Origin: Zootoca vivipara | Lineage: Eukaryota | Assembly: GCF_963506605.1 (NCBI RefSeq) | Contig: NC_083290.1 | Location: 30,132,001 to 30,196,000 of the forward strand | Length of the DNA stretch: 64,000 nt | Reading direction: 5' to 3' | Part shown: positions 1 to 13,800 of the stretch, in pieces | Numbering within the stretch: the first letter of the stretch is position 1 | How the letters are laid out: each line of letters begins with the position of its first letter | Translations under genes and position numbers: made by a program | The notes under the pieces: model-generated | Database searches by the model: none | Seen by the model: only the letters and a program-made list of their open reading frames with translations | Told to the model about the DNA's origin: nothing

Positions 1-104
1 ACTTCTCCCCCCACAACTCCACAGTGGTAGCGCAAAAGAGGGAAGGAGCAGGCAGTTTAAAGGTCCTGGGGGTTGTGGAAGCCCAGGCAGGGCCACAATC
101 CAGA

Positions 105-3100
105 TCACAGAGTCCCTTCCAACTGCTCTTTTTCTTTCTTCCGCTCTGCCAGCCACTGCTGGATCCGCTCCTTGAGTTCAGTATTTGGTCTGATCTGGTC
201 CATGGTGAGGGGGCTCCGGTTGAAAGGATCAGTCTGGTCACTACAAGGGATAAAACACCAGGAAGCATGTAAAGGAGAGATTAGCTGGTAGCACAGATAT
301 GTGGGCAGGAGGCAGTGCCACCAACCTTTGGAGATGGACACATAGGCCTGCCCCCACCCCACCAGATGGATATCAAATCAAGGAGGAAGTCATCTGGCAG
401 AGACCAAGTCTGCCTTTTATTTGACCACAGTTGTGGAAGCCCAACATGGTGCTCTGACAGCCCCCCAATGTGCAGCCATTGCTGTGAGGGAGCATTTTGT
501 AGTGATAGGAATTTGCTTATTTTAGAAAATTGGGTATGCCTGGAATAGTAGAGCTAACTGAGGCAGACCCAGGGATAAATTGGGCTACATTAACACCAAA
601 TGACTTGGGGGGGGGGAGGTACTTGGAGCTATAGCCACCTAATGTTTTCCTAGACGAGATAAGCAATCAGTTGTTCAGCCTTGACCCTGACCCCTTCCCA
701 TCCTTGTGAATACCTCAGGAGGTGCCTGGCAATTGTTGATCTATCTACAGTGACCCGAGAGGAAGGCAGCAACACCGGGTCCATCATTAAAGTACTCATG
801 ATAGGGTCCAGAAATTCATCACAGGCATCCGCGTAGGTCTCCTCTTCCTGCAGTTGGCGGTCTGCAAGGGACTAGAAGAAAGCCCAACAGTTGTTAAGAG
901 AGGTCCCTGCCTGCTCAAGTCAACGGTGGTCTGGATGAAAGAGGGAAACCTCTGCCCGCCACACCCGAGAAGCTGAGCAATGACTGGTTGCCGCCAAGCC
1001 TTTGTTTAAGGGCAACAAATGAGAGCAAAGTTATATTCTTGGGCCTGGCTTAGCTCCAGGAAGTGGCAAGGAATGTAATTCTGGCTTATGGAAGGGGCTA
1101 ATGCTCCCACTACACTCAGTTTTGTTCCCTTGCCTTTCCTTTCATGCAGGGACTTAGTGAAAGCCTACAGCTCAGAGGGTCTCCTCCTTGCACATGCTAC
1201 TAGGCAGAGAAAGCCTCCTTCCCGCAAGAGAAGCTGCCCAGCTCAAAATGCCAACCGCAGAGGATCAGGCACCAACAAGCAGCTCTCCAAAAAGGAGGGT
1301 TCCTTTGTGGAAAGTAGGGAGGAAGCTAGCGCCAGCTCCCGTCCACCACCCCTCACCTTGATCCTCTGTGCCAGGTTGCTAAATGCTACAATCATGTTGC
1401 CAGGCTTGTGAATCTTCTTCAGGACTCTGACTGTCTGAGCAAAAAGAGTTGGGGAATACGATCGCCCGTCCTTGGGCACTGTGGCACAAAAGTTGTCCTC
1501 GTCCCTGAAAGAGAAGAGGGTTGAGAGAACACTGGGAGTGGCAGGGCCCTTCCACACATTCAAGGAAAGAAGGGAGCTTCTCCACTTTCTTCCCTAGGCA
1601 AGCCCAGTCTGCCTTACGGATTTCCACCTTTGGCATTCTCTCGCTCTCTCACACTTCCACAAGCATACCAATGCTCTTGGGCTTGGACAGACCAAAGGCT
1701 CAGCTGGCCCTGCCCTCTTTTTGCAACATTGGTCAACAAAATGCTCCAAAAAAGGGAATGATGGAGGAAAGCGTTCACTGATTTTCCCTGATACTCAGAG
1801 GGCTGCCGCAGCCACCACCACCAAGTTGCTCTCTCCTTCCCAATACACATACCCCAGATTTAAGTAGATGGTGCAGATGTCAGAAACCAACTGTTGGGGT
1901 TTGAAGTCAAACTCGCTGAAGTCTTTGACCTTTAAAGCCCCCATTTTGGGGCCCACCAAGTGCTGCAGGAAGTAGTTGAGCATGGAGATAATGCGCTCAG
2001 CCAGGAAGGGGTGCACAAAGAGGGACTTGATCTCTGCAATGTAAACCAGATCTCTGTGAGGTCCCCTGAACAGCCCAGCTCCCCTCCTCACTCCTAGCTG
2101 GAGAGTGCTGTCTTTACCTGAAGTCAGGAAGGCCAGGGTCCCAATTGTCTCATTGGACATGATGTTGTGGAAGCGAGCCAGCTGCCCAAACATCTGCAGG
2201 CTGGCTTCCTTCTCACGCCGCAGCTCTGTAGACAGGGCATCCCACTCACCCCGGTCCTTCTCAATCTGCTGGATCTTGATCTTACTCAGGTACTGCAGAG
2301 CGATTTCAGGTGGGGGAGAAAGGGAGAGAAGGAAGAGGGTGTATGAAGCACACCATAGCTCAGTAGTCCTCTGGCCCATTTTCCACAATCTTCTATTAAG
2401 GAGATGGACAGCAGCTGAGAGGGGCAACAGCAACAGATCAGCCAGACTCAATTTCCGGAATGGGCCTCTTTCCTCAACACAGGCCAGATGCAGCCCTCTT
2501 AGGCAGGCATGGCAGAATAGAGTTCTCCAGCTCACACCAGCAGAGGAAAGGTTGAGAAAAGGCAGTAGAGCAAGTGATGAACACACAACAGTATTCAGTA
2601 GGGGCAGGGGGAATGAATCTTACAAGCATGGGTAATGCAACTGAAGTTGGTCTAAAGCAGTGTTTCCCAAAGTGGGTGGTACCACCCCCAGGGGTGGGGG
2701 TGGGATTACTTAGGGGGGTGCTAAGAGGCAAGGGGCATTGGTGGTGGTGGGGCATTGAAGGTGTAAATGACTATCAAACTTTGAAAAGTTTGCATCACTG
2801 GATCTTGTTTATCAATTTTGTTGCATTAATTAGACTAAATAGTTTAAATTGGGCTCTGAACAAATGTGCAATTAATTGCTCCTGCTCTGAATTTCGTTGT
2901 GTTGTAATTTTCCTTAAAAGGTAAAGGGACCCCTGACCGTTAGGTCCAGTCGCGGACAACTCTGGGGTTGCAGCGCTCATCTCGCTTTACTGGCTGAGGG
3001 AGCTGGCGTACAGCTTCTGGGTCATGTGGCCAGCATGACTAAGCCAACCAGAGCAGCGCACGGAAACGCCGTTTACCTTCCCGCCGGAGCGGTATCTATT

Positions 3101-6100
3101 TATCTACTTGCACTGCATGTTTTCAAACTGCTATGTTGGCAGGAGCTGGGACTGAGTAACGAGCTCACCCCGTCACAGGGATTCGAACTGCCGACCTTCT
3201 GATTGGCAAGCCCTAGGCTCTGTGGTTTAACCCACAGCGCCACCCGTGTCCATAGTGGACCGCTATTTCGAATAATGCTTTTTAAAGGGTGGGGGCACTG
3301 GGGGTGAAACCATGGAACCGAAGGGGTGGTGACCCAAAAAAGTTAGTGTCTCTACACACACAAACCCTTCAGGAGAAGTGTCTCTACACACACAAACCCT
3401 TCAGGAGAACTGGCCTCAGTGCCACAGAGGCTGCCAGAGAAACTTCCTTCCACTCCCTCTCCTGAGCTAGTTTACAATGATCAGTTCAGAGATATCTAAT
3501 CCTCCGAGAACTTTCAATAACTCTCCCCCCACCCTCTCTCTCACACACAAACAAACACCCTTCCTGGTACTATTAGAGTAACTGCAGGTGGCAATTCCTT
3601 TCATGGCTATGAGAAATTCTTGTTTCATAGATTTTGGGACCGTTTTATTTTCCTATTTGGTGCTCCCTCCCATCATCAAAAAATAAATAAAAATGCTTTA
3701 CCTGAATGGCCTCATCCAACAAGAAGATGGCATCATTCATGAGCAAGTTTAGGAAGCGCAAAAAGAGAGGGGGATTCATTGCTTCTAGGTTCTTTGAGGC
3801 ATAGTCGGCGAGTGCCTGCAAGAAGAGGGAGGGGGAGAAAGAGATGTTTCCCTCCCAGAGATTATTGCTGTCCTGGCTGAAGCAACTCATGCACCTCCCG
3901 AGCCTTACCTTGATGCTTTCCCGGTAGGAATCAATGCCCCACATATACCTGAGGATGGGGTACATAGGCCTGCGATAGTTGAACTTCTGCTCGAACTGAT
4001 GGGGATCCCCTAGGCAGGGGGAAAAGAACAGGCCAAGCCAAAATGAATGCCAAGATCTGGCAGCACCACAAAACCAAGGAAGGGATGTTTTGCTCACAAT
4101 ATGGCAGGTCCTCCTGCTTTAAAGCTGCATCTTGGCATGACAGTGTGCTACTGAATTTCCAGAGAGAACAGCAAAGGGCTGGCACTTTCCACCCTCCACT
4201 TTCATGATTTACACTCAAGAAAAAGCAGAGCCATGAATGGTACAGGGAGAGACGTCACCCATGTCTGGTGCAGAATAAGGTGCTCAGAGGACTTGGGAGA
4301 AAAGGAAAAACCCCTTGCCCCTGAGCACTGCTATCACATATGCAAAGCACGGGACTGGGAAGATGGCTCTGTTGAGCAGGAATGGAAATGGCAGCAGCTC
4401 AAGGAGGAGGAAGAAGATGAAAGTGGCAATGCTAGAGCAAGGTCCCTCTTTCCCACCTCCTCCTTACCAGTGAATTCAATGTCCACAAAGACCTTGATGA
4501 GCGCCTCAGCAAGGTAGGCAGCATGCTGGTAGGAGCAGAAGACCCTCTTGCGATGGAAGACACTGGAGACAAGGGGATTCTGCACCTGGTCCATGTGAGG
4601 CATTACAGCCTCTAACACTTCAGCCAGCTTGGCTCGCAGGTGTGGGTTCTTCATCCTGCAGGAGGGCAAATGATGATCAACCACCTGGGAGGACATTCAA
4701 GGATGACTGTTAGCCCTGCCATCATATCCCAGAAGCTTTGCTTCTTAGTGGCTTCCTCGTTGTCTGCTGTTGACCACAATTCAGAGACACCGACTGGGGC
4801 AGAACTTGGAAGATGCCAGAACCATGAGGCAAGTGCCCTAACTTCTGCAAGTGTTACCTGATTTCTTCTTGGCTCAAGTGGAAATGTGGGATTTGATCTC
4901 CTAAAACCCCAAAAGCTTGGACACTGAGGACCTTAGAGGCTAACCCTATAATCAGCAGGGGAAGCCCTGCTGGTGGTGTCATTGCTGGCGGTGACCCAAA
5001 ACATGACCTTCTTTAGTGGCAGTTACCCTTTAGTGGAATACCCTCCCTTGTGAGCTTCATTAGTCTTCCTCGCAATCAACTTTTAGGGAAAAAAAATTAA
5101 ACGTTCCTATTTGCCCTGGCATTTCTTGGCTGAAAGTCTTGTCCCTAGTAACCTTGAAATTATTAGTTTGAGTGTAGGTAATTAATTTTAGGCATTTTTA
5201 ACTGTTCTTAGAAGTTTCAGTTGCACTGTTTGAGTACTAACATGCTTGCCATCCTGGGCTCCTTTGGAGGAAGGTGCATGATATAAATTTAATAAACAAA
5301 TAAACAAAAATAAATAGCTATCTCACAATGCAGCAGTCAATGTAGTTGTTAGAGCAAGGGTGGGGAACCTCCAACCTCCTGACCAAACATGGACCTGTAG
5401 GTATCTTTAGGCCTGCCAGGCCATTTTCAGAAAGCCATACCCAACACCTGACAGGTAAGGGCAGGACTTCAAAGCCCCCAGTTGTTCCTTTGACAGAGAA
5501 AGGGTCTCAAGCTGACAGTCTCTGTTCAAGAATACAGAGGGAGGCAGAACAGGAAGCCATTACCAGCTGCCTGAATGGCTTAAGATTTCTGCACTGGCCT
5601 GGTCTTCCGTGCTAAGGTATAGGAGCTGTAGCATCACTGCCTGGCTCAAAGGGGATTGATTTGATCTGGCCATAACCTCTCTCCCTGCCTTGGTACTCCC
5701 AAATATTTACTGGTGACCACCCTTGAAGCCTGGATGAAGGGAGATGAGGTGGACAAGTGGCTGGAGAGGCCATTACCTGTCCACATCCCCAGTGAAGATA
5801 GTCACAAAATGAAGGATGTGCTCCAGGGAATCAGCTGACGTTTCCAGAAGATCATCAGCAAAGCGGCGCAAGAATATGAAGAAGTCACCCAAGTTGTCAG
5901 CAAAAAATTCTGCAAATACAAAGCTCCAAATGAGGTGCTTGCTGGGAGAATGTTCAGGCCCAGACCTTGATCAGATATAAAGAACTCAATAGTACAAAGA
6001 CTCCTCTGGAACAGGACGGCATTTTAGCTTCTCCAAAGTCAATAAGCAGGTCAAACTAAACATACTCCAAGACACCACAGCCTGGCCTTGCCTAAAGCTC

Positions 6101-9100
6101 ACAGGAAGAGAAACCTATATGTCAACATGGAAGGTGTTGGAAATGGATGCACACTTGTAGCTATTTCACATCTAAGGATAGAGACAGATGTGTTTGTGTG
6201 TCACCATCCATTTCACTGTCTCTCTAAGTTTAGCTTTTTAGGTAGCATACACCATCCCTGCCAGCAAGACAGACACCTCTTCTGGAGTTGTACATCTTTC
6301 TGGCACTAAGGGAGAAGGTCCCTAAGATGTAGCAGGGGAATCTTTTAGAGCAATGTGGAATCTGTACAGCAAGTGATGTCCGATTTTGTGTGGTGTCCTG
6401 GGAAGAACAGCTTTTTTTCTTTTGGAAAAGATGCATTTGTCCTTAATTGCAAAGACAAGCCTAAAACCACCTGGGCCTTCAGTGCCTGCTCGTGGGGGGC
6501 TTCCAGGTCTGGTGTTTTTGCTGCCGGCGTAATTCTCAGGCCCTCTTATACATCAGCATATCTTCCCTTCACAACTCCAGAAGCCTCAACCTTCCATCTC
6601 TAGCGTGGAACTAGAGACTGCACACAAGCACAGCCAATGCAATGTTTTGTCCCAATTATTTCAGTGATTCTGTGTGGATTTTTTTGGGGTTGCCAGACTT
6701 AAGAATCCTAGACCATGGTCACCACTGCCACCTACCTACCTACCCAAGGATGCTGTAATAAGCCAGCTAGGCCTGCTCCAGAGAGAGCAGAACTAAAGGC
6801 CCCTGCTTGTAAACTATTTCGCTCCATCCCAGAACTTTTCTAGGTCTACTAAACCCTGATGAAAACTACAAAAGGGTATATTTTATAATTCTCTAGATGC
6901 CCTTCAGTCAAGGGTGCTCTTAACTTTCAGGAAACTGCTGGAGGAAAAGAGGTGTTCAAAACCTTGGGATGCCGTCATAGGCCAAAGAGATAAGCCCAAC
7001 ATTTCCAAAGGGGAAGCCCCTTGCTGGTCACCTGGGACATAGGCCAGAGCATTCTTCTCCACCTCAGACAGAGGGAACGTCAGGTCTACCAGCTCGGTCC
7101 CTTGGTTTCCAATGGCCAGCTGGACCAGGAGAATAGCCATGGAGACCTGCAGGTGAAGACAGTTCTGCAACATCTGTGGCTCTGTCATAGCTGTTTTGGT
7201 GGAGAGATAGATGGTCATGAGACGCTCAAACTGCTCCCGAAGGTTGTCTGCTGAAGGGCTGGAGCTCTGCTGAGCCTCTCGCCAGGCCACCTGCAGCCGG
7301 TGAAGGCTTTGGTTTAGTTTGATCATCTGGTCATGCAACCTGTACAAGCAACAGAAATACATACATTAACCAGAAGGACAGGAGCAAAGTGGGGTGTACA
7401 AGATAGTCTCTGTAAGTATGGGGGGGTGTCTAAGGCTCCCCCATTGAACTAGAGATGCGAAAAATTCAGGTTTCCCAGGAACAGAACTAATTCTCTCTGC
7501 TGGATCACACAAGCAGCAAACTGGAACAAACTACTGCATCCAGAGGCTTTTTTGCAATCCTTTGTTTGATAGCTGCTTTGATTTGAGGGGGCTTCCACGT
7601 CAAGGAGGGGTGCTTCAAGGGGACAGCTGGAAATCATGTGCATTGGCTTTACTACTTTAGGGTCTTCTTTATAGCAGTAAAATCTCCTTTCTCCAAACCA
7701 ATGTCTGCTTAAACAAATTTGATTGGGGTGCTCTCACATCCCTGTTCTCGTTACAGGCTTTGCCTGTCAGTAGGATATCTCAGGTCACCTCAGTTGCAAA
7801 GGCGGCCAACCAGGCTTTTACAGCCCAATCCTGCTGTGGGCAAATTTTCAGTCTTTAAGGAAGAGGCCCAGGTGGCGCTGTGGGACCCAGGTGGCGCTGT
7901 GGGACTCTGTGGTTAAACCACAGAGCCTAGGGCTTGCTGATCAGAAGGTTGGCGGTTCGAATCCCTGTGACGGGGTGAGCTCCCGTTGCTTGGTCCCAGC
8001 TCCTGCCAACCTAGCAGTTCAAAAGCACGTCAAAATGCAAGTAGATAAATAGGAACCGCTACAGCGGGAAGGTAAACGGCGTTTCCATGTGCTGCTCTGG
8101 TTTGCCAGAAGCGGCTTTGTCATGCTGGCCACATGACCTGGAAGCTACACGCCGGCTCCCTCGGCCAATAATGCGAGATGAGCGCGCAACCCCAGAGTCG
8201 GTCACGACTGGACCTAATGGTCAGGGGTCCCTTTACCTTTACCTTTAAGGAAGAGGCACTTGCAAGGCCTTGCCAATCCCCCACACCCATACACCCTCTG
8301 GAGGCAGTACCTGTGAAATCCTAAATGGAGGGTATACTGGGTCAACACCAAGTTCTCCGTCACGAGGTTGTAGCTGGGGGCAAACTCTGGCTCCTGCTCA
8401 GTTGTGGCTGGGATCAAGCAGGTTTCTTTCTCCAAACCTTGAAGGAAGTTAACAGGAATTGCTTCCCCACCAAGCAACACCTACCAGGAGGATGCCAGAG
8501 CCAATGGGAGCACTCTGGTTTCCTCTAACTATTCCTCTGCCCTTGGCCAGCAGCCTCCTCCCTTACAGGCTGCCTTGCCAAGGGTATGAGGACAAGATTT
8601 CGGCACCTGCAAAGTTGTGGCTCACCTTTCATATGCACATTCTTGCTCCGCTGCTCTTCCTCATTCAGCTCTTTCAGCGCACAGTAGGTAGGGTCAAATG
8701 TGAGGAGCCGGGGAGATCTGGGCTTACAAAAGGGCTGGCATAGCCTGAGGAGGGCGGCCCCCAAGTTCAGGAAGAAGGCATCCGAGGCATACATCTGGAG
8801 GAAAATCTCTGGCATCTGGTTGGCCCATATCTTCGTGCGGCCTGCATTAGCATGGAGACAGTTTCCCAGCCAGGACAGGATTCGGTGCTTTGTTTGTGGT
8901 GATAGCTGCAGCAGGTTCTTGAGCATCTGGTAGATCTTCTCATGGAACTGAGCCATGAACTGTTGCCAAAACATCAGAAGTCTTAAGATGTGTACAACAC
9001 GAACACACTTGCTCAGTCAACTTAAAGTGGGATCTTCCACATGCAGTGTCTGTGCTCTACCCACTGAGCTATGTTGCCTCTCTCCTAAATTCCATAACTT

Positions 9101-12100
9101 TCAGCAGTCTTCTCAAATACCCCAAGCATCATGAATTTCCTGCGGAGGTTTTCACTATACTTTGATGTTGACAATCTGTGACTTAAGGAACAACCAAGAA
9201 CCCACCAAATCACACTAGAAAGATAAGTTTAAGAGAGAGAAGCTGCCATTTTCCACTGCTTCCCCCTCTACTCTGCCTGGTTAAGCTACACTGGTATGAA
9301 ACGTGCACATCCACCCACCTGATGGATGTTGGATTCCTGCACCTTGATCTCCTGAGGGCTGGACCGAGAGGGATTCAAGAAGTAATCGTGGTTCTCTACC
9401 ACACCTGGGGTCTTCAACAAGCATGAGATGCTCAAGATAGCTCCCAGCAAAGTCTTCTGGTAGAGCTGCCCGTTGGCTGGGTCCTTTGGCTGGATGTACT
9501 CTACAAAAACCTGAACAAACAGAAATAGAAGGTACTGCTAGTCAGCCAGTACTGTACAGGGTAAGCCCTGATGTAAGTTGTGGAATGAAGGACACCCTTT
9601 TATGGAATGATGGCTCTGCCATATTGGCCAGCCTATCATTGATGCATGTTGCAACCACGGCACAGAATCAGGAAGGCCATTCTCCCTTCACAGTGAAGAG
9701 AACAAGCAACTATCCCTCTACCCAGGAGGGAGGCTGAAGATGGCCATGACTGATTGGTTTGCTGCTCCCTGGCACCCTGAAGAGAGGCTAGCCAAATGCT
9801 CACTTTCGCTATATCTTTCTGCCTAGTGAAGTACAGGAGCATGTCCAGGTAGGAGTATAGCAGGATCTGGCAAAGGTGCAGCTCTCGGATCCGTCCCAAG
9901 AGGATATCGAAGACAGGCACCATTACTTCCTCAAAGGTCCTCACTTCCTCATCCATGGTGAGGACTTCTATGACTTCCTCCAGGAACTCAGTTACATCTT
10001 CAAAGCCTACAGTAAGAGAGTAGGAGAGAAGTGAACACCCAGACATTTATTCATTCACACACACAGAAATATACAGATACCCCAACACATTTATAACTGT
10101 AATAAAAAGGTGGGATATCTTTGAGGGACCTCCTGCAGTTGTAGCCCGTTAACAACTTCTAGGGTGCCCAGCTCTGCCTCTTTAACTTACATGCTCCTCT
10201 AAGGGACTCCAGCATCAAGTCCACTAGCTGCTCATAGACATTTTGGTTGATATAGATCTCCGGGGTGAGGAGGACCGTGCGAGTGTTGGACACGGAAAGG
10301 TTTCGGCAGCGCATGGCAAAGGGCAACAGGTTCTCTGGCACTTTGGTAATCTAGGAGAACAGAGGAGAGCACTTTGTCTCTGGTCTGCTGGTCTGCTCTG
10401 CTCAGGCAGTCAGACTTGCTGACAGGGATGTGGGGCATTGACCCACCTCCTCCTTTGCCCTCTGGAAGCTGGCAAAGAGGTAGCGAAATATGTGCTTCTC
10501 CCCTGCATCTCTTTCAGCTGATAGATTCTGTATGCCAGCCGAGGTCATGTGAATCAGGTGATTCCCTGGTTCAGGGAGGAGTAGCCGGGTAAAGAGAGCC
10601 TGGAGAGACATGCCAAGTCAAACATAAATGGTCAGTACACAACCCTGCCCACCCACCAGCCACACAGAGCAAGTGCCCAGCTATGTATCAAAAACACACA
10701 GTAAGACCCGAAGGCCATCCAAGACAATCCCTGTGGCTAAGGCCAGATCCTTCACCCACATTATCATGAGCTGCAAGCAAATGGGTGATAGGATTCAGGC
10801 ACCCAGCTCAGACAAGTCTGTTTGATTAAACAAGAAGTCCAAAATGCAACGTTGGTGGCTCTAGAACAGGGGTGGCTAACTTGTGCCCCTCCAGATGTTG
10901 TTGGACTATAACTCCCATCAGCCCCAAACCAGTATGGCTAGTGGTTGAGGATTATTCAAGTTAAAATCCAACAACATTTGCAGGTCCATAGGTTAGCCAG
11001 CCCTACTCTAGAAAGTGAGCACTACAAAAGGAGAGAAGGCAAATGTCTTCCATTCACAAGACTGATCCACCTGAAGGGTCCTTCAAGAACATCAGCACAG
11101 AGAACAGTGTGTCCTGAAGGGCAAAGCCTGCATCCTTCACCAAGGCTCATGGATGTTCTGCCAGGCAGAAAAATCAACTGCATTTGCATGTGCACAGATA
11201 CCTGCTCCACATTCTCCATGTCAAGCCAATCCTGATCCTCCAAGTCTGTTGCCATTTCCTCCAAGTACACACAGCGTGCAGGAATCCCATTGCCACTTTT
11301 GAGATTGGGGTCACCTGCAGGTTGGGAATCATCAAACCAGCAACATCAGTAACACTACAAGCATGAATCTGTGTCCCTACAAGCGCCCAACCCATACATC
11401 ATCCTCCCGCCCCACCTTCTTATTTATTTTATTTTATTTTATTTTAATTTTATTATTTTATTTTATTTATATACCACCCTCTACCCAGAAATCTCTGGGC
11501 GGTTCACAGAACAAAATCAAAATATATAATCAAAATAAAAACAACTACCCAATAACCCCCCTCCCTAGTTTGGCAGACGTTAACTTCATTTTTCCTTTAT
11601 TTTTATCAGTTCACTGGGGAAGAGGAAGGGAGAGATTTAAGCTTTGTTTTATTGAGTGCCAGTGGCACAGCACATGCCTGAAGGGACACAGCCATTCCAG
11701 CATTTTAGAACTCTTGAGAGACTTTTAAGGCAACTGATGCACATGGGGATCCAAGCTTGAGGGGTTCTCTTGCCCCACACAAATCATTGTGCAGCAGAAT
11801 AGAGCAGCACTATTACAGGAAACACTACTACCTGCCACCACACTTGGTGTGTCAGGAAAGCATTTATACAGTGACAAGCACAGTGTAAGAGAAACCAAAC
11901 CCAGCCAAGTTCTTCTTTAGGAGATTCTGCAGCACATAGTACAGCAAAAGGTGTTACAAGTGGAAGATTATCTGTGTTGAGTCTACAGCCACCATAGAAA
12001 ACTGCAGCCCTACTCTTAGTAAGCTGCAAAAACCCTAGTATAACTGAGAGTTCCTCCTAGTCTGGATCCCAGGAACTAACGCCCCATACTCACTGTTGTC

Positions 12101-13132
12101 AAGCGTGATCAGGAAGATTCTCTGGATCATGTGGTTGATGTTGAGCTGCTCACAGAGCTCCTGCTGGGAACGGAATGAGCGGCTGATCTCAGCCACAGAG
12201 TAGTCACAATCATCCAGGCTTTCAGACACGCTGTTGTCAGAATCATCTTGGCTGGCCGAGGTTTCCTCCACTGGAGAAGTAAAACTAGTTAAGAAGCAGC
12301 CTAACTTGGCCCCACCAGGCACCAGCCACGCAACCTGGCCTTTTGCCCTGGAGGGCTCTGCGTCAAGAAGAAGGAGGGACCAGCATGGCCTATGCCTCAG
12401 ATTTGGCTTCTTGATAAGGTGTCAGGCACCAGGCAAATACAGCTACCAGCCACAAAGTCAGCTTATCACAAATCACAAACATATTGTTGTCGCCTCTAGA
12501 AAACACATGTAGGCTGGTTGCCAGCCCCACATGGGTACCATTTGTACCTTATCACCCAAACACAATTTGTTTGCCTAGCCAGGCCAGTCAAGACACAAAA
12601 AGGCTGCCTCAGTGACTATCCCACCACCACGAACTGTCTCTGCTCTTCCAAAGATTTGCACAAGCTGAAGCAGAGAAAAAACCTTTCCAGCCTGGGGTTA
12701 AGCCAGTGAAAAATTGAGGATTTCAGCATCTACTAGATTTTATCCATTTTAATCCAATTCTTCTTTGTACCAATTCCTTAAAATCCGGATTAGTTTTTGC
12801 AATCTATGGTTACTGATGCCCAACTTTTGGTGGGTAACTTTTGTCGTTTAAAATAAGGACAAGGAGGGGTGGGGGTACAGATAAGATCACTCAAGTGCTT
12901 TCACCAATGCCTCCACGTGGGATTCAACCTTCGATCTGACCCAATGTTTCCTAGGCCAGGGGCGTCAACCCCTCCCCCCCAAAGCGAGGCCGCCTCTCCC
13001 CCTCTCACCAACGGGCGGCGTCACTTGCTGTTGCTTCTGGATCTCGGCGAAGTGCTTGGCGTCGGCGACGGAGCCGAAGAGGGCGGCGAAGGGGTTACTG
13101 GAGATACTGTTGTTGTTCTCCTGGTCGGTCAT
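105..13132 (-). CDS. UBE4A: Ubiquitin conjugation factor E4 A (U-box E3/E4 ligase), ~1074 aa, 19 coding exons
   Basis: Exons (minus): 13009-13132, 12094-12270, 11202-11314, 10447-10599, 10191-10350, 9804-10006, 9319-9510, 8626-8959, 8311-8437, 7032-7339, 5777-5909, 4468-4655, 3909-4009, 3702-3815, 2118-2292, 1853-2033, 1357-1504, 714-871, 105-240. All GT-AG and phase-consistent (3225 nt). Protein starts [21 protein letters not shown] and ends in the U-box ([65 protein letters not shown]). Confidence 0.98.
2916..3251 (-). mobile_element. Sauria (POM/Squam1-type) SINE nested in a hAT-like MITE (~2658-3345)
   Basis: Reverse complement of the copy at 7867-8244, with the ACCTTT tail at the left end. 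Confidence 0.85.
7867..8244 (+). mobile_element. Sauria SINE, full length, with TSD TTAAGGAAGAGG
   Basis: tRNA-like head (GGTGGCGCTGTGG...GGTTCGAATCCC), (ACCTTT)n tail, TSD at 7855-7866 and 8245-8256. Confidence 0.9.
10867..11005. mobile_element. hAT-type MITE
   Basis: Imperfect TIRs CAGGGGTGGCTAAC...GTTAGCCAGCCCTA with 8-bp TSD CTCTAGAA. Confidence 0.7.
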
Positions 13133-13800
13133 TTCCCCGCCAGGCGAACTCCATCCAGGGCTGGGGACCAAAGCGAGAGAAGGGCCTCAGAGGCCGACTC
13201 AGAAGCCCTCTTTCCAGGGCCCGAGGAGGGAGCCTAGGAAGGCCCGACGCCGCTGACCCGCAGCTGCGGCAGAAGCGCCGAGCCAGGAGGCGACGGTGAC
13301 GGCGGCTCCCGCACACGGAGGGCCTCCCGGCTGGGCCGAACAACCTGCACCGCACCAAGGCTTCCCCAAATCAGGGCAACCCCACCGGCCTGGCCTGGTC
13401 CTTCCAGCCCAAGGCTCGGAGCGACAGGACTCGCCGCTTCTTCGCCTGCTTACCGGTCCGCGACCGCTTCGATGCCACTTCCCAGTCAGTCAACTTGACA
13501 ACGCGTGACGCCACTGGATCGCGCCAATACGTCATCGTAGAGGGTCGGAAGCGGGCCCCACCAATGGAAGAAGGGAAGGCGGGAACGCATGGGGGCGGGG
13601 CGGGGGGAAAGAGAGAAATTAGAGCCACAGAGATAGGAAAAAGAAAGAGAGGACTACGTGGTTCTGTTCCTAGCTCGCTTTCCCGTTTCCCGTTTTGAGA
13701 TGTGTAAAATCCAAGATCATACAGCTATTGACTGGGCAGCAGCCATCCGTTGCACTACGCCCCGAAGGTAGCAGAAGACCCAGGTGTCGCCTCGTAGGAA
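12960..13800 (-). promoter_or_regulatory. UBE4A CpG-island promoter with probable non-coding exon 1
   Basis: CpG-dense. Minus-strand donor GTAAG at 13449-13453 and acceptor near 13345. CRE half-sites (13506, 13529), CCAAT (13524, 13561), ETS CGGAAG (13546), tandem GC boxes 13591-13607. Confidence 0.8.
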
